DNA of 64,000 nucleotides from the human T2T-CHM13v2.0 reference genome, Homo sapiens, in the NCBI RefSeq assembly GCF_009914755.1, contig NC_060946.1; one strand, 5' to 3'. Shown here piece by piece: positions 1 through 12,142 of this stretch (its first letter is position 1; each line of letters starts with the position of its first letter). A program made the translations under genes and the position numbers. The notes under the pieces are model-generated. The model saw only the letters and a list, made by a program, of their open reading frames with translations, made no database searches and was not told the origin of the DNA.

Positions 1-739
1 CCAACACCTTCGATTGCTGTCATTTCTCATGTGTGGGCACTTACTTCCCCACCGATGCTCTGCTCCTGTTTCTCTGCCTCGTGTCTCTGGGCTACATTCT
101 TTGCATGACCTGAGTCCAAGGAGCAGCCTCAGACTGGAAGCTTCAGAAGGGCTCCAGCTCATTCCTGTTTTCCTGGACGGAGAAGACAAGATGCCCGGAG
201 ACTGAGCAGGGTTTGGAGGGAGGTCGCCTGATAGTGACCCGGTGGAGCTCCCTGGAATTCTCAGAGGGACTCCCATCTCTTGGGCAGCCCTGCCTTGTTG
301 GGGTAACCTGGAGATGGAGGTGGGCTCACCCTCCTCTTCCTGGCCAGCCCCTCTTGCCTGCACCCCCATATGGTCTTCCCAGAGTGAGCTCATCCACCTC
401 GTCATGCCTGACTGCAGCTTCAGCACAGCACAGTCCCCAAAATGTCAAGGTGATTCACTCCCAGGAGTCGCTGCTGAATCCCTGCTGCTGCGAGGTTGGG
501 TTCTCTGGCTTCCTGGTGGTGGGAGAGGGCACGCTTGGCCCTCCAGGGCAGTGCCCCATCCTGGGCTGGCAGGACCTTGACCTGGGGCCCCAGAACAGAC
601 CAGCAGGTGACCTGAGACACCTGCTGTTGTCTAAGCTCCAGTGCTTTCTTGGGGAGGCTGGGGCCTTGGACCTATAGAAGATGCCCCAGGTAAAAGGAGA
701 GGGGCCAGATTTTATTCAGCATTGCCATCCATGGCCTTG

Positions 740-1030
740 CATATTCACTCACCAGAACATTCAGGAAACCCACACTGCACCAGGCCCTGAGCCAAGTGCT
801 AGGAACAGAGCAGTGAGTAAGGCCCAGCCCCTGTCCTCGAGGAGCTCACAGGCTCGTGGGGAAGATGGGCTGACAGCAGTCTGACCATACAGCACCTTAG
901 GTGCCATGATAGAAGGGAGCCCAGAGAAGGCTCCCGATCCAGCCTGGAGGAGGGATGGGGAGGTGGGAGGCTTCCTGGAGGAGGTGATGCCAGAATTGAG
1001 CCTTAAAGACTCAGGGAGGTGAGCAGGGAA
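740..1030 (-). mobile_element. L2 LINE 3' fragment
   Basis: ccaggccctgagccaagtgctaggaacagagcagtgag...ggcttcctggaggaggtgatgcc resembles the antisense L2 3' end; boundaries approximate. Confidence 0.55.
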
Positions 1031-1224
1031 AGAGCCTCTTGGGCAGGGGTGGCTCACAGAGCCCCTGAAGCTGGCCAGGATCCTGCAGTGTGGGAGCCAC
1101 AAGCCCCTGGGGTTGCAAGAGGAGTCTCCAGTTCCCGGGAGGGGCTGGAGGATGCTCCATCTGCTCTCGCTGTGGGGTTAAGGGTGGCTAAGGGTACAGT
1201 TGGGGTAAAGCACGATGCTCCCCG

Positions 1225-1372
1225 AGCTCATTGTGAAATGGGGGACAGTGACAGCACCTTGCTCCTGGGCTCTCAGGAGGGTTAGGTGAGACAGAGCCTG
1301 AAGCCTGCATGTCCTTGGCACACAGTGAGTACTCAGTACATGTGCCCTGCTACTATTATTGCTGCTATTATT
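1225..1372 (+). mobile_element. MIR fragment
   Basis: ctcattgtgaaatgggg...ggcacacagtgagtactcagta...tattatt. Confidence 0.55.
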
Positions 1373-1585
1373 GGGTCTCAGGTGGCCCTGTCACAGGACG
1401 ATGAGTGCTGGCGAGAGGCTGAAAGGGCTGAGTTTTTTCAGACACTGGGAAGGGTCCAGAGAGCAAAGTCAGGACAAATGCACTGCTATGTCACCTGCAG
1501 GGTCACCTCCTGTGAGGACCCTGAACCCCAGAAAGGTGAGGGGTCCTTGGCCTTCAAGCCCAGGCCCTAGTGCTCCTTCTTTAAA

Positions 1586-1897
1586 TTTTCTTTCTTTTTT
1601 TTTTTTTTAATTTTAGAGACAAGGTCTGGCTCTGTTGCCCAGGCTGGAGTGCTGTGGTGCAATCATAGCTCGCTGCAGCCTTGATCTCCTGGGCTCAAGC
1701 GATCATCCCCCCTCAGCTTCCTGAGTAGCTGGGACTATAGGCATGCACCACCATGCCTGGCTAATGTTTAAATTTTTTTTTGAGACAGTGTCTTGCTATA
1801 TTTGCCAGGCTGGTCTCAAACTCCTGGACTCAAGTGATCCTCCTGCCTTGGCTTCCCAAAGCACTGGGATTACAGGCATGAGCCGCAGCCCCCGGCC
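1586..1897 (-). mobile_element. Alu (AluJ-like), antisense
   Basis: poly-T followed by full dimeric Alu reverse complement ending cccggcc. Confidence 0.9.
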
Positions 1898-1905
1898 CCC
1901 AGTGC

Positions 1906-2206
<301 letters not shown>

Positions 2207-3074
2207 TAAAAAAGTTCTTGGCTCATCAGGTTTGAGCCTCCTATTTTACAGATGGGGAAGTGGAGGCCAGGAGGGGATGGAGGCCCACCCGGGTCGCCCA
2301 GGGCAGCAGCTGCAGAGGCAGGGGCGGGTAGGAGCCTGACAAGCGTGTGGTCCCAGAGGGCAGGGCCCAGCTGTCTCTTCCTGTGACTCTCACACAGGCC
2401 TGGTGCAGGGAGGCTCCCCAGGAAATGCTTGTGGACAAGGTGACTGAGACAAGGATGGGATGCCATCTTCTTACCCGAGAGGCAGGGGATTTTCCCAGAG
2501 TCCTCTGGGCCAGCAACCCTCCCAGACTCTAGCTCCTCAGTCATCACTGATGAGGCTGCAGCCATGGAGAACCTCCTGGCGGGCACCTCCAAGGGGGATG
2601 AAAGCTATCTGCTCAGGCTGGCCGGCAGCCAAGTTCACTCCCAGGCTCAGCAAATGCTGGGGAGGGGGCTGCGCCCTGAAAGCCTGGAAACTGGAGAGGA
2701 GCCCCACTCGTGGAGCCCTCGGGCCACAAGGAGATGGGATCCCCAATGCCAACCAGGGCAGCCTCTCCCCCTTCATTTCATGCAAGCACAGATAAAGCCA
2801 CATGAAAACCCCAAGGCAGCTTCTCTTTTCTCATCTGGGGTCCCAGCTGAGGCCAGATTCTGGTCAGAGAGAAGGCAGGGCTGGGCAAGGACTCAGGGCC
2901 TGGGAAGCCCACGACGGGCTGTGGCCTCCCTCTCTGGGCTCAGTGCAGATGTCCCAGGCGGATGGGGGCTAGGCCAGGGCCTAGGGGTCTGAGGGGAGCT
3001 GGGCTTTGAAGCAGATTCCGGTCGGGCCCAGGGAGCTGCCTGGGCCGTCGCTTTCTCCTGGAGCGAGGCCTCAG

Positions 3075-3476
3075 CGATCTTTTCCTGTCCCCATCTGTGT
3101 CTGTGCCTGTGTCTCTCTGGGCCCCTCCACCTCCCCTGCCCTTTTCTTTCCCTGTTTCCACTCGTCCCCTGCATCTCCCCTCCCTTGCATCTGTCTTTTC
3201 TGAGCCCGTCTTACTCTCTTTGTCATCGCGTCTCTGTACCTCACTGTCTCTTTCTACCTGCCCTTGCTCTGGCCTCTGTGTCTCCGGTTGGTCCCTGCCC
3301 CTCCTCCTTGCTTCATTTCTGCCTCTGTACCGCCATCTCCATCTCCATCTCCCCATCTCCCTCTGCCTCCCTCTCCCCATGTCTCCCTGCTGTCCCCACT
3401 CCATGACTCTGCCTCTCTCACCCTTCTGTCCCCTCCATCCCTGTCCCTGTCCCTGTCCTCTCCTCCCGTTGGTCAC
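3075..3476 (+). repeat. CT-rich low-complexity tract upstream of exon 8
   Basis: Pyrimidine-dominated; only one AG (3203) in ~400 nt. Confidence 0.8.
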
Positions 3477-3478
3477 AG

Positions 3479-3791
3479 GTGGGCTCCTTCTTCATGATCA
3501 ACCTGTGCCTCGTTGTCATAGCGACCCAGTTCTCGGAGACCAAGCAACGGGAGCACCGGCTGATGCTGGAGCAGCGGCAGCGCTACCTGTCCTCCAGCAC
3601 GGTGGCCAGCTACGCCGAGCCTGGTGACTGCTACGAGGAGATCTTCCAGTATGTCTGCCACATCCTGCGCAAGGCCAAGCGCCGCGCCCTGGGCCTCTAC
3701 CAGGCCCTGCAGAGCCGGCGCCAGGCCCTGGGCCCGGAGGCCCCGGCCCCCGCCAAACCTGGGCCCCACGCCAAGGAGCCCCGGCACTACC
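3479..3791 (+). CDS. CACNA1I: CACNA1I exon 8 (IS6 end and start of I-II loop: [26 protein letters not shown]...KEPRHY)
   Basis: cacag|GTG acceptor; C|gtaagt donor; 313 nt. Confidence 0.96.
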
Positions 3792-4329
3792 GTAAGTGGC
3801 CCTGCATCCGACGCGGCACTCAGGCACTTCGTGCCAAGTGTCACTCCTTTCCAGCACGTCCAGCAGGCCCAGCAGCCTCCAAATTCCAGGTCTTCACTTC
3901 ATGCTCAAGTGTTTCCTTCACAGCCCCCAGGGACCTCTGTCCCCACCTCTGCCTGCCCTCTCCTGGCACCTGTCAGAGCCTGCGCTGGGCCGGGCCTGGG
4001 GCTGAGGGAACTCAGCCTTTGCCCTGGAGGAACTCGATCCCTGTGTATGTGTGGAGATAGCAGATCGGCCTCGGAGGAAGCCACACTTGAGAGGAAAGAA
4101 CAAGTGTCTCTCCTCAGTCTCGGAAAGCTAAAATTCTTCCCCCCCACTGCAGCCACATCACTCCCTTCTCTGGGTTCCTGCTGCTGTCCCCTGCTTTCCA
4201 GCACACCTGAGCAATGACCCTGGGTACCTGACACAAAGGGGCTGTGGGCCTGCCCCTCAAAGCTGTGGCATGTTGGGGACTCATGCCACCCTGTGCTCTG
4301 TGCTTGTCGTGGGGCTGTGAGAGTTACAC

Positions 4330-4636
<307 letters not shown>

Positions 4637-4664
4637 TAGGCTTGGAAGGGGCTGCCCTGTTGGT

Positions 4665-4765
4665 TGCCTCATCTGTTCCAGGAAACGGTCCTGAGAAGGG
4701 AGAAGATAGTAATATTATCTCCACTTTTCAGATGGGAAGACTAAGGGTCAGGGAGATGAAGGGAG
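4665..4765 (-). mobile_element. MIR core, antisense, overlapping the exon 9 acceptor
   Basis: tattatctccacttttcagatgggaagactaagggtcagggagatgaag vs recalled MIR core tattatccccattttacagatgaggaaactgaggctcagagaggttaag (38/49). Confidence 0.75.
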
Positions 4766-4836
4766 ACATCTCGGAAGCCGGCATTGCCAGACTTTGCATG
4801 GGCCTGCCTCCCCTGGAAATGATCACTCGGGAAGAG
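4732..4836 (+). CDS. CACNA1I: CACNA1I alternative cassette exon 9 (35 aa, HGKTKGQGDEGRHLGSRHCQTLHGPASPGNDHSGRE)
   Basis: ttttcag|AT acceptor; GAG|gcaagc GC donor; 105 nt, phase 1-1, stop-free; matches the known 35-aa I-II loop insert of human Cav3.3. Confidence 0.88.
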
Positions 4837-6410
4837 GCAAGCCAGGGCCACGGGAGGTGGGCCCTGCCCCCAGCCCCAATACCACTTCTCCCAGTTGGTG
4901 CTGAGAAGGAAGTCGGCAGGCATGGGGACGGCGCTTGAGCAGCCGCGACCCTCTGCAGGCCTGTCTCCCTCTATAAAGTGAGGACAGGGGCCCCCAGCAC
5001 GTGGCCGTCCACGGCGGGAGTCAGCCACCCCAGGCCCTGCTCTGGAAAGCCCTGTCCTTCCAGCTCTCACAGTCTGGGAATCGATTCTTGGGAGGCAAGC
5101 AGAAGAATGCACGCTCAGAGCTGCCGCCCACCCGTCCTCGGGTGCCAGCCATCCAGGCGTGGGCTCGGAGGAGGCCCCAGGTGGCCCGTGGGCAGGCCCG
5201 GCATGCGGACACAGGAGCTGGGGCCGGGCAAGGCTGGCACTGGTGTTGCTGGAGGACGTGGGGGAGAAGTGTTCACTCCAACGGGCTTCCTGCGGCCGCC
5301 CAGCCCCCTCTCCTGGCACTCTTGCCCCCTTGCCCCTGGGCCTCCCCTCTGCCCTGGAAAACGAGAGTTGGCTGTCGCCCCACGTCCAGGTGGGAGCAGT
5401 GAGCCGGCGCTGGGAAGGGCTTTGGGCCTGTCCTCCGGGGTGAGATGGGACTGACCCCTGGGTTCCTGGCTGCCCGCCCTGACTCCAGAGGTGTGAATGA
5501 GCCAGGGGTGCTTATTCAGGGCTTGGGAGGCATCTGGAGGCAAGTGTGGAAATGAAGGGTAGGCGTGACATGCTTTTCTTTCCCTTTCATGTTACTTTTT
5601 TGGCTTACACAAGCAAAATGTGTTTATTCTAGGAATATATAGGAAAACACAAAGAAGGCATTAAACCAAGCAGAGAGAGGCCTCTCTGACACCTCTTTGA
5701 GATGGTTCACAGATCACAGAACTCAGTCCAGGGCCAGCCCAGGCGTCTCCTGTGATTCCGGGGCAGCAAAGGGATGAAGTTCCCTCTTCCCAGGGGCCCT
5801 TCCTGCCCGCTGCCCCCACCTCCACCCCTTGCGTGGAGGGAAGTCCCAGGGGCTTCTGGAGTGAGGGTCTGCCCTTGCCCCAGGGCTCCATGCCTCCTCC
5901 CCTCCCTGGGAAGCAAACCTCACCCCTTCCCCGCTCCCCACCTGCTGTATAGGCAGGAGACTTGAGAACACCAAGTCCACCATGGCCTTCTCTGACGGGG
6001 GCTGCCCCCACATTGGCCTGACTCTTTCAGAATCACATCTAGTTCCCAAGCTGCACGACTGGGGCTCTGGGTCTGTTCCATGCTGACCCAGGGCCTAGGC
6101 CAGGAGGGATGGCCGGTCAGCACGGATGCGCGCCCTGCACCGTGCTGGGCCCATCATGTGCCTTAAGGGAGAGAATCCTCCTACAGCCTGCATGGTGGGC
6201 GTTCCTGCCCCAACTTCTACAACAGGGGCAGACAAAGCTCAGAGAGCTGCAGCCGCTTCCCCAGGCACCCCTGACCGCCTTTCCAGGCTGGGTCGGCTGG
6301 TTCCAGGCAGACCTGTGGGCCTGGGAGCCAAGCGCACTCAGGGATGTGTCCCAGGGTGGATTGGGCCTGGTGTGGGCAACGACTCTATGCCCCTCTCATT
6401 TGCTTTTCAG

Positions 6411-6835
6411 AGCTGTGCCCGCAACATAGCCCCCTGGATGCGACGCCCCACACCCTGGTGCAGCCCATCCCCGCCACGCTGGCTTCCGATCCCGCCAGCT
6501 GCCCTTGCTGCCAGCATGAGGACGGCCGGCGGCCCTCGGGCCTGGGCAGCACCGACTCGGGCCAGGAGGGCTCGGGCTCCGGGAGCTCCGCTGGTGGCGA
6601 GGACGAGGCGGATGGGGACGGGGCCCGGAGCAGCGAGGACGGAGCCTCCTCAGAACTGGGGAAGGAGGAGGAGGAGGAGGAGCAGGCGGATGGGGCGGTC
6701 TGGCTGTGCGGGGATGTGTGGCGGGAGACGCGAGCCAAGCTGCGCGGCATCGTGGACAGCAAGTACTTCAACCGGGGCATCATGATGGCCATCCTGGTCA
6801 ACACCGTCAGCATGGGCATCGAGCACCACGAGCAG
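6411..6835 (+). CDS. CACNA1I: CACNA1I exon 10 (I-II loop and IIS1: LCPQHSPLD...GIEHHEQ)
   Basis: ttttcag|AG acceptor; CAG|gccagt GC donor needed to join PEELT; 425 nt. Confidence 0.93.
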
Positions 6836-7205
6836 GCCAGTGCAGCGCAGCCGGGCCGGGCCTGCGGGAGAGGTGTGAGGGCCCCAGGACCCTGCCCAGG
6901 CCTGGGCAGCCCCATCCATCTGCCTGGGTTTGTGTGTCTGTCCACCTAGAAGTGCCGGGCTGAGCTGGGTCCAGTTCATCCATGTGACCTTACTGCCCAG
7001 CCAGGGCCGAGCTCAGAGGAAGGAAGGGCTTGGGTGTCTGCCGAATGAATGATGAGTGAACGAGTGAAGCTGGCTAGGACTGGGCCTCTCCGGGGCTCTT
7101 TTCCTCCTAAGCTGCTCAGCCTGGATACCAAGGCAACCACAGCGCATCCCCTGCCAGTCCCTGCAAATCTGACTTCTATTCACCTCTCCACCTGAGCCCT
7201 TCTGT

Positions 7206-7361
7206 TTTCTTCTTTAAAAAAAAAAAAAAAATTTAAAAAACAGATAGAGTCAGAGTTTTGCTCTGCTGCCCAGGCTGGAGTGCAGTGGCACGATCAAGCG
7301 ATCCTCCCTCTTCAGCCTCCCAAGTAGCTGGGACTACAGGGAGGTGCCACCAAGCCTGGCC
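7206..7361 (-). mobile_element. Alu monomer (FRAM/FLAM-like or truncated AluJ) with target-site duplication
   Basis: Single arm; flanked by acctg(a/g)gcccttctgt at 7190-7205 and 7362-7377. Confidence 0.8.
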
Positions 7362-8949
7362 ACCTGGGCCCTTCTGTCCATTCCCCCCCAAACAGCTGGG
7401 GTGATTCTTCCAGAGGGCCAGTCTTGTTGGGCTCTTCCCTGCCTCAAAACTTCTGTTGCTCCTCATTGCCCTCAGGACAAAATCCAGACCTTTGCATGAC
7501 CCTCAAGGCCCCTTGTCTCTGTCACAACGTCCCTTCACCAGGCCAGGGTGTCCTGTCCCATCCAGTGACTCCACCCCATACAGCCCCATGGCGCTGAGGG
7601 CGAGTGGCCCTGTGGTTGTCCTGTGTGTCCTCTCTGCATGTCCCTCCTGTGGGCTGGGAGCAGGGAGGACAGGAGGAGTGGGCGCTGAGCTGAACAGTGT
7701 GCTCCAGGCCCCTGGGCCATCACAGGGCTGGTGGGCCCCAGGGGGACAGTACATAGGGGAGGGGACAGCTTCTGGGAGATGGTGGGAGCTGGGGGAGGAT
7801 GTGTGTGTGAGGAGAGCAGGGCCTCTGTGGGGACACGGGAGGGAGGGGCAGTGGGGTTAGCAAGGATGCCTCAGTCCACAGGCCCCACCTGGGGTTGACA
7901 GCCTGGGTGGCAGGTCTGGTCCTGCCCCATTTGGAAAAACACCATTTTCTGGCTCCTGCCATCCACCAGCCCCTGGATGGGGTGACTCCCTGAACCCACT
8001 CCCCAGCTCTGCGAAGGTTCCCACCTAGCAGCTGGTGACCCTGAGGTCCAACGGCGGGGAAGTCACTGGCCCGAGGTCCCGCCGCCAGCTGGGGGCCAGG
8101 TTCGAACCAACTTCTTTCTGTGGCAAGACTGACGCCCCGGGAGGGCTTGGGATTTCGACATTCTGTTTGCTGCCCTGCGGCCCTCCTTCTGTGGAGGCCC
8201 TGCATGCCGCACCCCATGGGGCCGCACACGCACCTCCCTCTTCGTTAGCTCACCAAGCACAGGCTCCATTCAATTTACTTAAATGGGGCTCCCGGGGCTG
8301 CCATGACACTCTGTTCAGAGCTGCTCATTTGCCAGCCATTCCAGCTTAATTAAAAAGGTCTCTGGGGAGGGCTAGCGAGAGGGCTCTCTGCAGGGGGAGA
8401 GCTGGTGAGACAGGGCCCCCAGGACCCCCTTGCTTAGAGTTCAGCCTCTGGTCAGTGCCTGACCCAGGCCTGCAGGGGAGCAGCATTCCTGCAGAAAGCC
8501 CCACAGGGAATGAGTGCTGTGGGGCTCGCTCCAGTCTCCAAGTGGGGCAGCATCGAGGGGGCCTGCACAGCCCTGCTACCCTCGAGCCCCGGCACTGTCC
8601 TTGCCAGGGGCTTGCTGGAGCCAGCTGGTGAGGGCCAATTTCCAAACACTCAGGAATTTTGCAAGCCAGTGATGAAAGAGTTGGGAGCTTGAAATTGGCC
8701 GTGGAGGGAGTATTTACACCATGGAAATTGGCAGATGTTCCACATCAGGGCTGTTTGCAGAGGGCTCTTTGCCAGGGTCCAGCTGGTCCCTGCCTTTTCA
8801 CCCACCCCATCCATGTCAACACCACGGCCAGGGCAGGTCCAGCCTCAGGCCAGGCCACGGTCCCTGCCCAAGCCTCCTCAGGATCTGCCTCTCCCTCCTT
8901 CTGTCACATCTGTCTGATCAAGCTTTCCAACCTCGGATCTGGTGGAGCC

Positions 8950-9205
8950 TTTTTTTTTTTTGAGATGGAGTCTCACTCTGTTGTCCAGGCTGGAGTGCAT
9001 TGGTGTGATCTGGGCTCACTGCAACCTCCCCCTCCCAGGTTCAAGCAATTCTCCAGGCGTGTGCCACCACTCCCAGCTAATTTTTAGTAGAGACGGGGTT
9101 TCGCCATGTTGGCCAGGCTGGTCTTGAACTCCTGACCTCAGGTGATCTGCCTGTCTCACCCTCCCAAAGTGCTGGGATTACAGGCATGAGCCACCGTGCC
9201 CAGCC
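8950..9205 (-). mobile_element. Alu (AluS-like), antisense, small internal deletion
   Basis: TSD ggtggagcct on both sides. Confidence 0.9.
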
Positions 9206-9450
9206 AGGTGGAGCCTCTTCTGGGAGCAGCAGGCTTCACGTGGCTTCCTGACCAGGCTAAGAGATGAGAGAGGCTGTTCCCACTGTGCGTCTCCTGCCTG
9301 GTCACAGGGCCCACCTGATTTCCTCATCTACTAAGCAGATGTCTTTCCCTCACAGGGACAGGCCACCATTTACTGAGCACCTACTGCAGGCCAGGCCCTG
9401 TGCCAGCATGGTGCCAGTGAGTCCAGCCACCCTCAAGGCAGGTATTATTA

Positions 9451-9850
<400 letters not shown>

Positions 9851-9932
9851 CAATCCTGGTTCTGCTATTGACTGGCAGGGTGGCCGGGAGTGCATCACTT
9901 GGCTTCCTCACCTGGCACCCCCCATCTGTAAA

Positions 9933-10079
9933 TGGGTACACGGATCCCCCCACACGGTGGCTAAGAGGGCTGACTGCATTGTGGGTGCACGGAGCCCCCC
10001 ACACGGTGGCTAAGAGGGCTGACTGCATTGTGGGTGCACGGAGCCCCCCACACAGTGGCTAAGAGGGCTGACTGCATTG
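9933..10079 (+). repeat. 49-bp tandem repeat x3
   Basis: Unit gggtgcacggagccccccacacggtggctaagagggctgactgcattgt starting 9934, 9983, 10032. Confidence 0.95.
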
Positions 10080-11949
10080 AGAACCTGGCGCTTAGTAGGT
10101 GCTCACTGATGAGTCACTGCTTCAGAGTCTTGTCTGAGCTCACACCACCACCCCTGGGTGCATTTACCATCCTCTGTCTGGAGCCTCAAAAAATTAAAGT
10201 AAGAGGGGGAGGATGAGTCTCTGAAATGTCCCTTATAAAGCAGCTCCAGGGGCAGCCATGGTCTCCTGGGCTCTGCGCAGGGCCTGACTATGGGCCCGCT
10301 GGTATTTTTGCTCCGCTCGCTCGGCTCCCAGACACTGCTCTGCGGGAAATGATCCGCCCCCATGTTTATTTTGAGCAGCCCTGTCTGAGGTGGCGCTCGC
10401 AGAGAGAGGTGGCCCAGGGCTTCCAAGGGGGGTGCAGGGAGAGAAGGAGAGGAGGAGAGGGTGGGTGAACTCCCTCAGCCCTTCTCCTGCAGGGGAGGCA
10501 GCATGGGGGGCCTTGCCCCATACCCCATCCTGGCTGGCAGGGAGCTCTGTGACACTGAGGGGCAGGAGGCGAGGGTGTGACATCTGTGAAGTGGGGCAGA
10601 GTGACCTCAGGCCTGGTCACAGGGTGCTCGAATGACAGGTTAGATTGCAGTTGCTCAAGCCTTTAGGGTGACCACTGCTGCTGAAATCTTGGGGGCATTA
10701 CCCAGAGAACAGCTTGCTCATCCAGGTTCCTCATGGCAGCAGATGCTGTTTCTTGCAGGGCCTGGCCTAGAAGGAGGGGATGGGTGAGGTAGGGTGTAGG
10801 CCAGGCAGGGGCCTGTGTGTGACTCACGAAGTGGTGAAATGGGGCTGAAATTCCCACCCCCTGGGTAGCCCAGGCTGTGTGACGGGCAGGTGGGACAGGT
10901 CAGCTGGGGTGGCCAGGCTTCTCCAGGGAGGCCTGATTCCTTCATCATCACCGCCATCACTGCATCACAGCTCTTCCTGGTGTGATCCTCTGGCAGTCTT
11001 GTGGGGCAGGCTGGGGGAGCATCTAATCACCACCAGGCAGATGGGGAAACTGAGGCTCAGTGAAGTAGATGGCTTGCCCAAGGTGCCAGGGTGAGCAGCG
11101 ACAGAGCCGGGCTCCCGGAGATTGAGGTCAGCTGTGGACAGTTGAACTGGAGGAAGGCATTGCTCCTAGGAGCAGTGTCTGTTCAGCTTCTCTCTCCTGC
11201 ACACACCCATGCAGGCCCTGACTCCCCCTGAGCTGGGCAGGGCTGCCCTGCAGCTTTATCATGTCCTGGAGCTGGAGGCTAACCACCAAGTTGGAGAACA
11301 AAAAACAGAGGGTTGGGGCGCATGGGCAGCAGGGCAGGGTGCGGGGAGCCTCCTGGGTAGGGCTGACCCCAGGCCAGGGCATAGTTACTGGCCCCAGCTC
11401 CCAGAGGACTGCATTCAAGGCCTCTGAATCAGTGGCTGGATCAAAGCTGGCTTTATTCTTCCTTCAGCAGCCCCTTACGTGTCAAGTCACTGCCAATCCA
11501 GGTCTGGGGTGACTCTGGGAAGTGAAGAATGGGGTGGCTTAGTGGCTGACATTCCAGCTCTATAGGGGCCCAAGGGAGAGAAACACCAACATGGACAGCA
11601 GTCATGGAAGGCTTCCTGGAGGTGATGGCACTGGGGACGGATCCCGAAGGATGACTAGGAGTTCATCAGCGAGACAGAGGGACAGGGACCAGGAGCATAG
11701 GTATCCCCCAAAAGGACCCTGAGTCCTCAAGAAGGATGTGTACAAGGGGCAGGGCAGACAGTGCAGGAGGCCAGGAGGGCTGTTCATTCAGGAGGACCTT
11801 GGAGCTGGTTTTATCCTTAGGGCAATGGGGAGCCCGGAAAGGCTTGCAAGCAAATGACACATTTGTGCTGAACTGGGGCCTCATCAGAAAAGGGGGGCAG
11901 GTGAAGGCACCTGGGCCATGGAGGTGGGGATGTGGCCAGAGGGAGAAGA

Positions 11950-12142
11950 CCTAGGGTTGAGATCTGACTTCAACACAGCCTGGCCATGACCCTGGGCAGT
12001 CAGTTCCCTTTGAGTCTCAGGCTCCCTGTCTGTAAAATGGTGATAATACAGGGCTTGAGATTGAGAGGAGATAATGCATGGGGCGTGCTCAGCACACCCG
12101 GCCCATGGGAGGGGCCTAATCAACGCTAGCTGCCATTATTAT
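11950..12142 (+). mobile_element. MIR
   Basis: ctagggttgagatctgactt...tgaccctgggcagtc...tctgtaaaatggtgataata...cattattat. Confidence 0.65.

Noticed and set aside
6385-6945. Antisense ORFs mirroring exons (also 3473-3844, 15805-16185, 35671-36315, 42892-43617)
   Set aside because: Expected shadow of GC3-rich codon usage on the opposite strand
9933-10079. Tandem repeat as a CRISPR-like array
   Set aside because: No unique spacers; eukaryotic intron; MIR-derived
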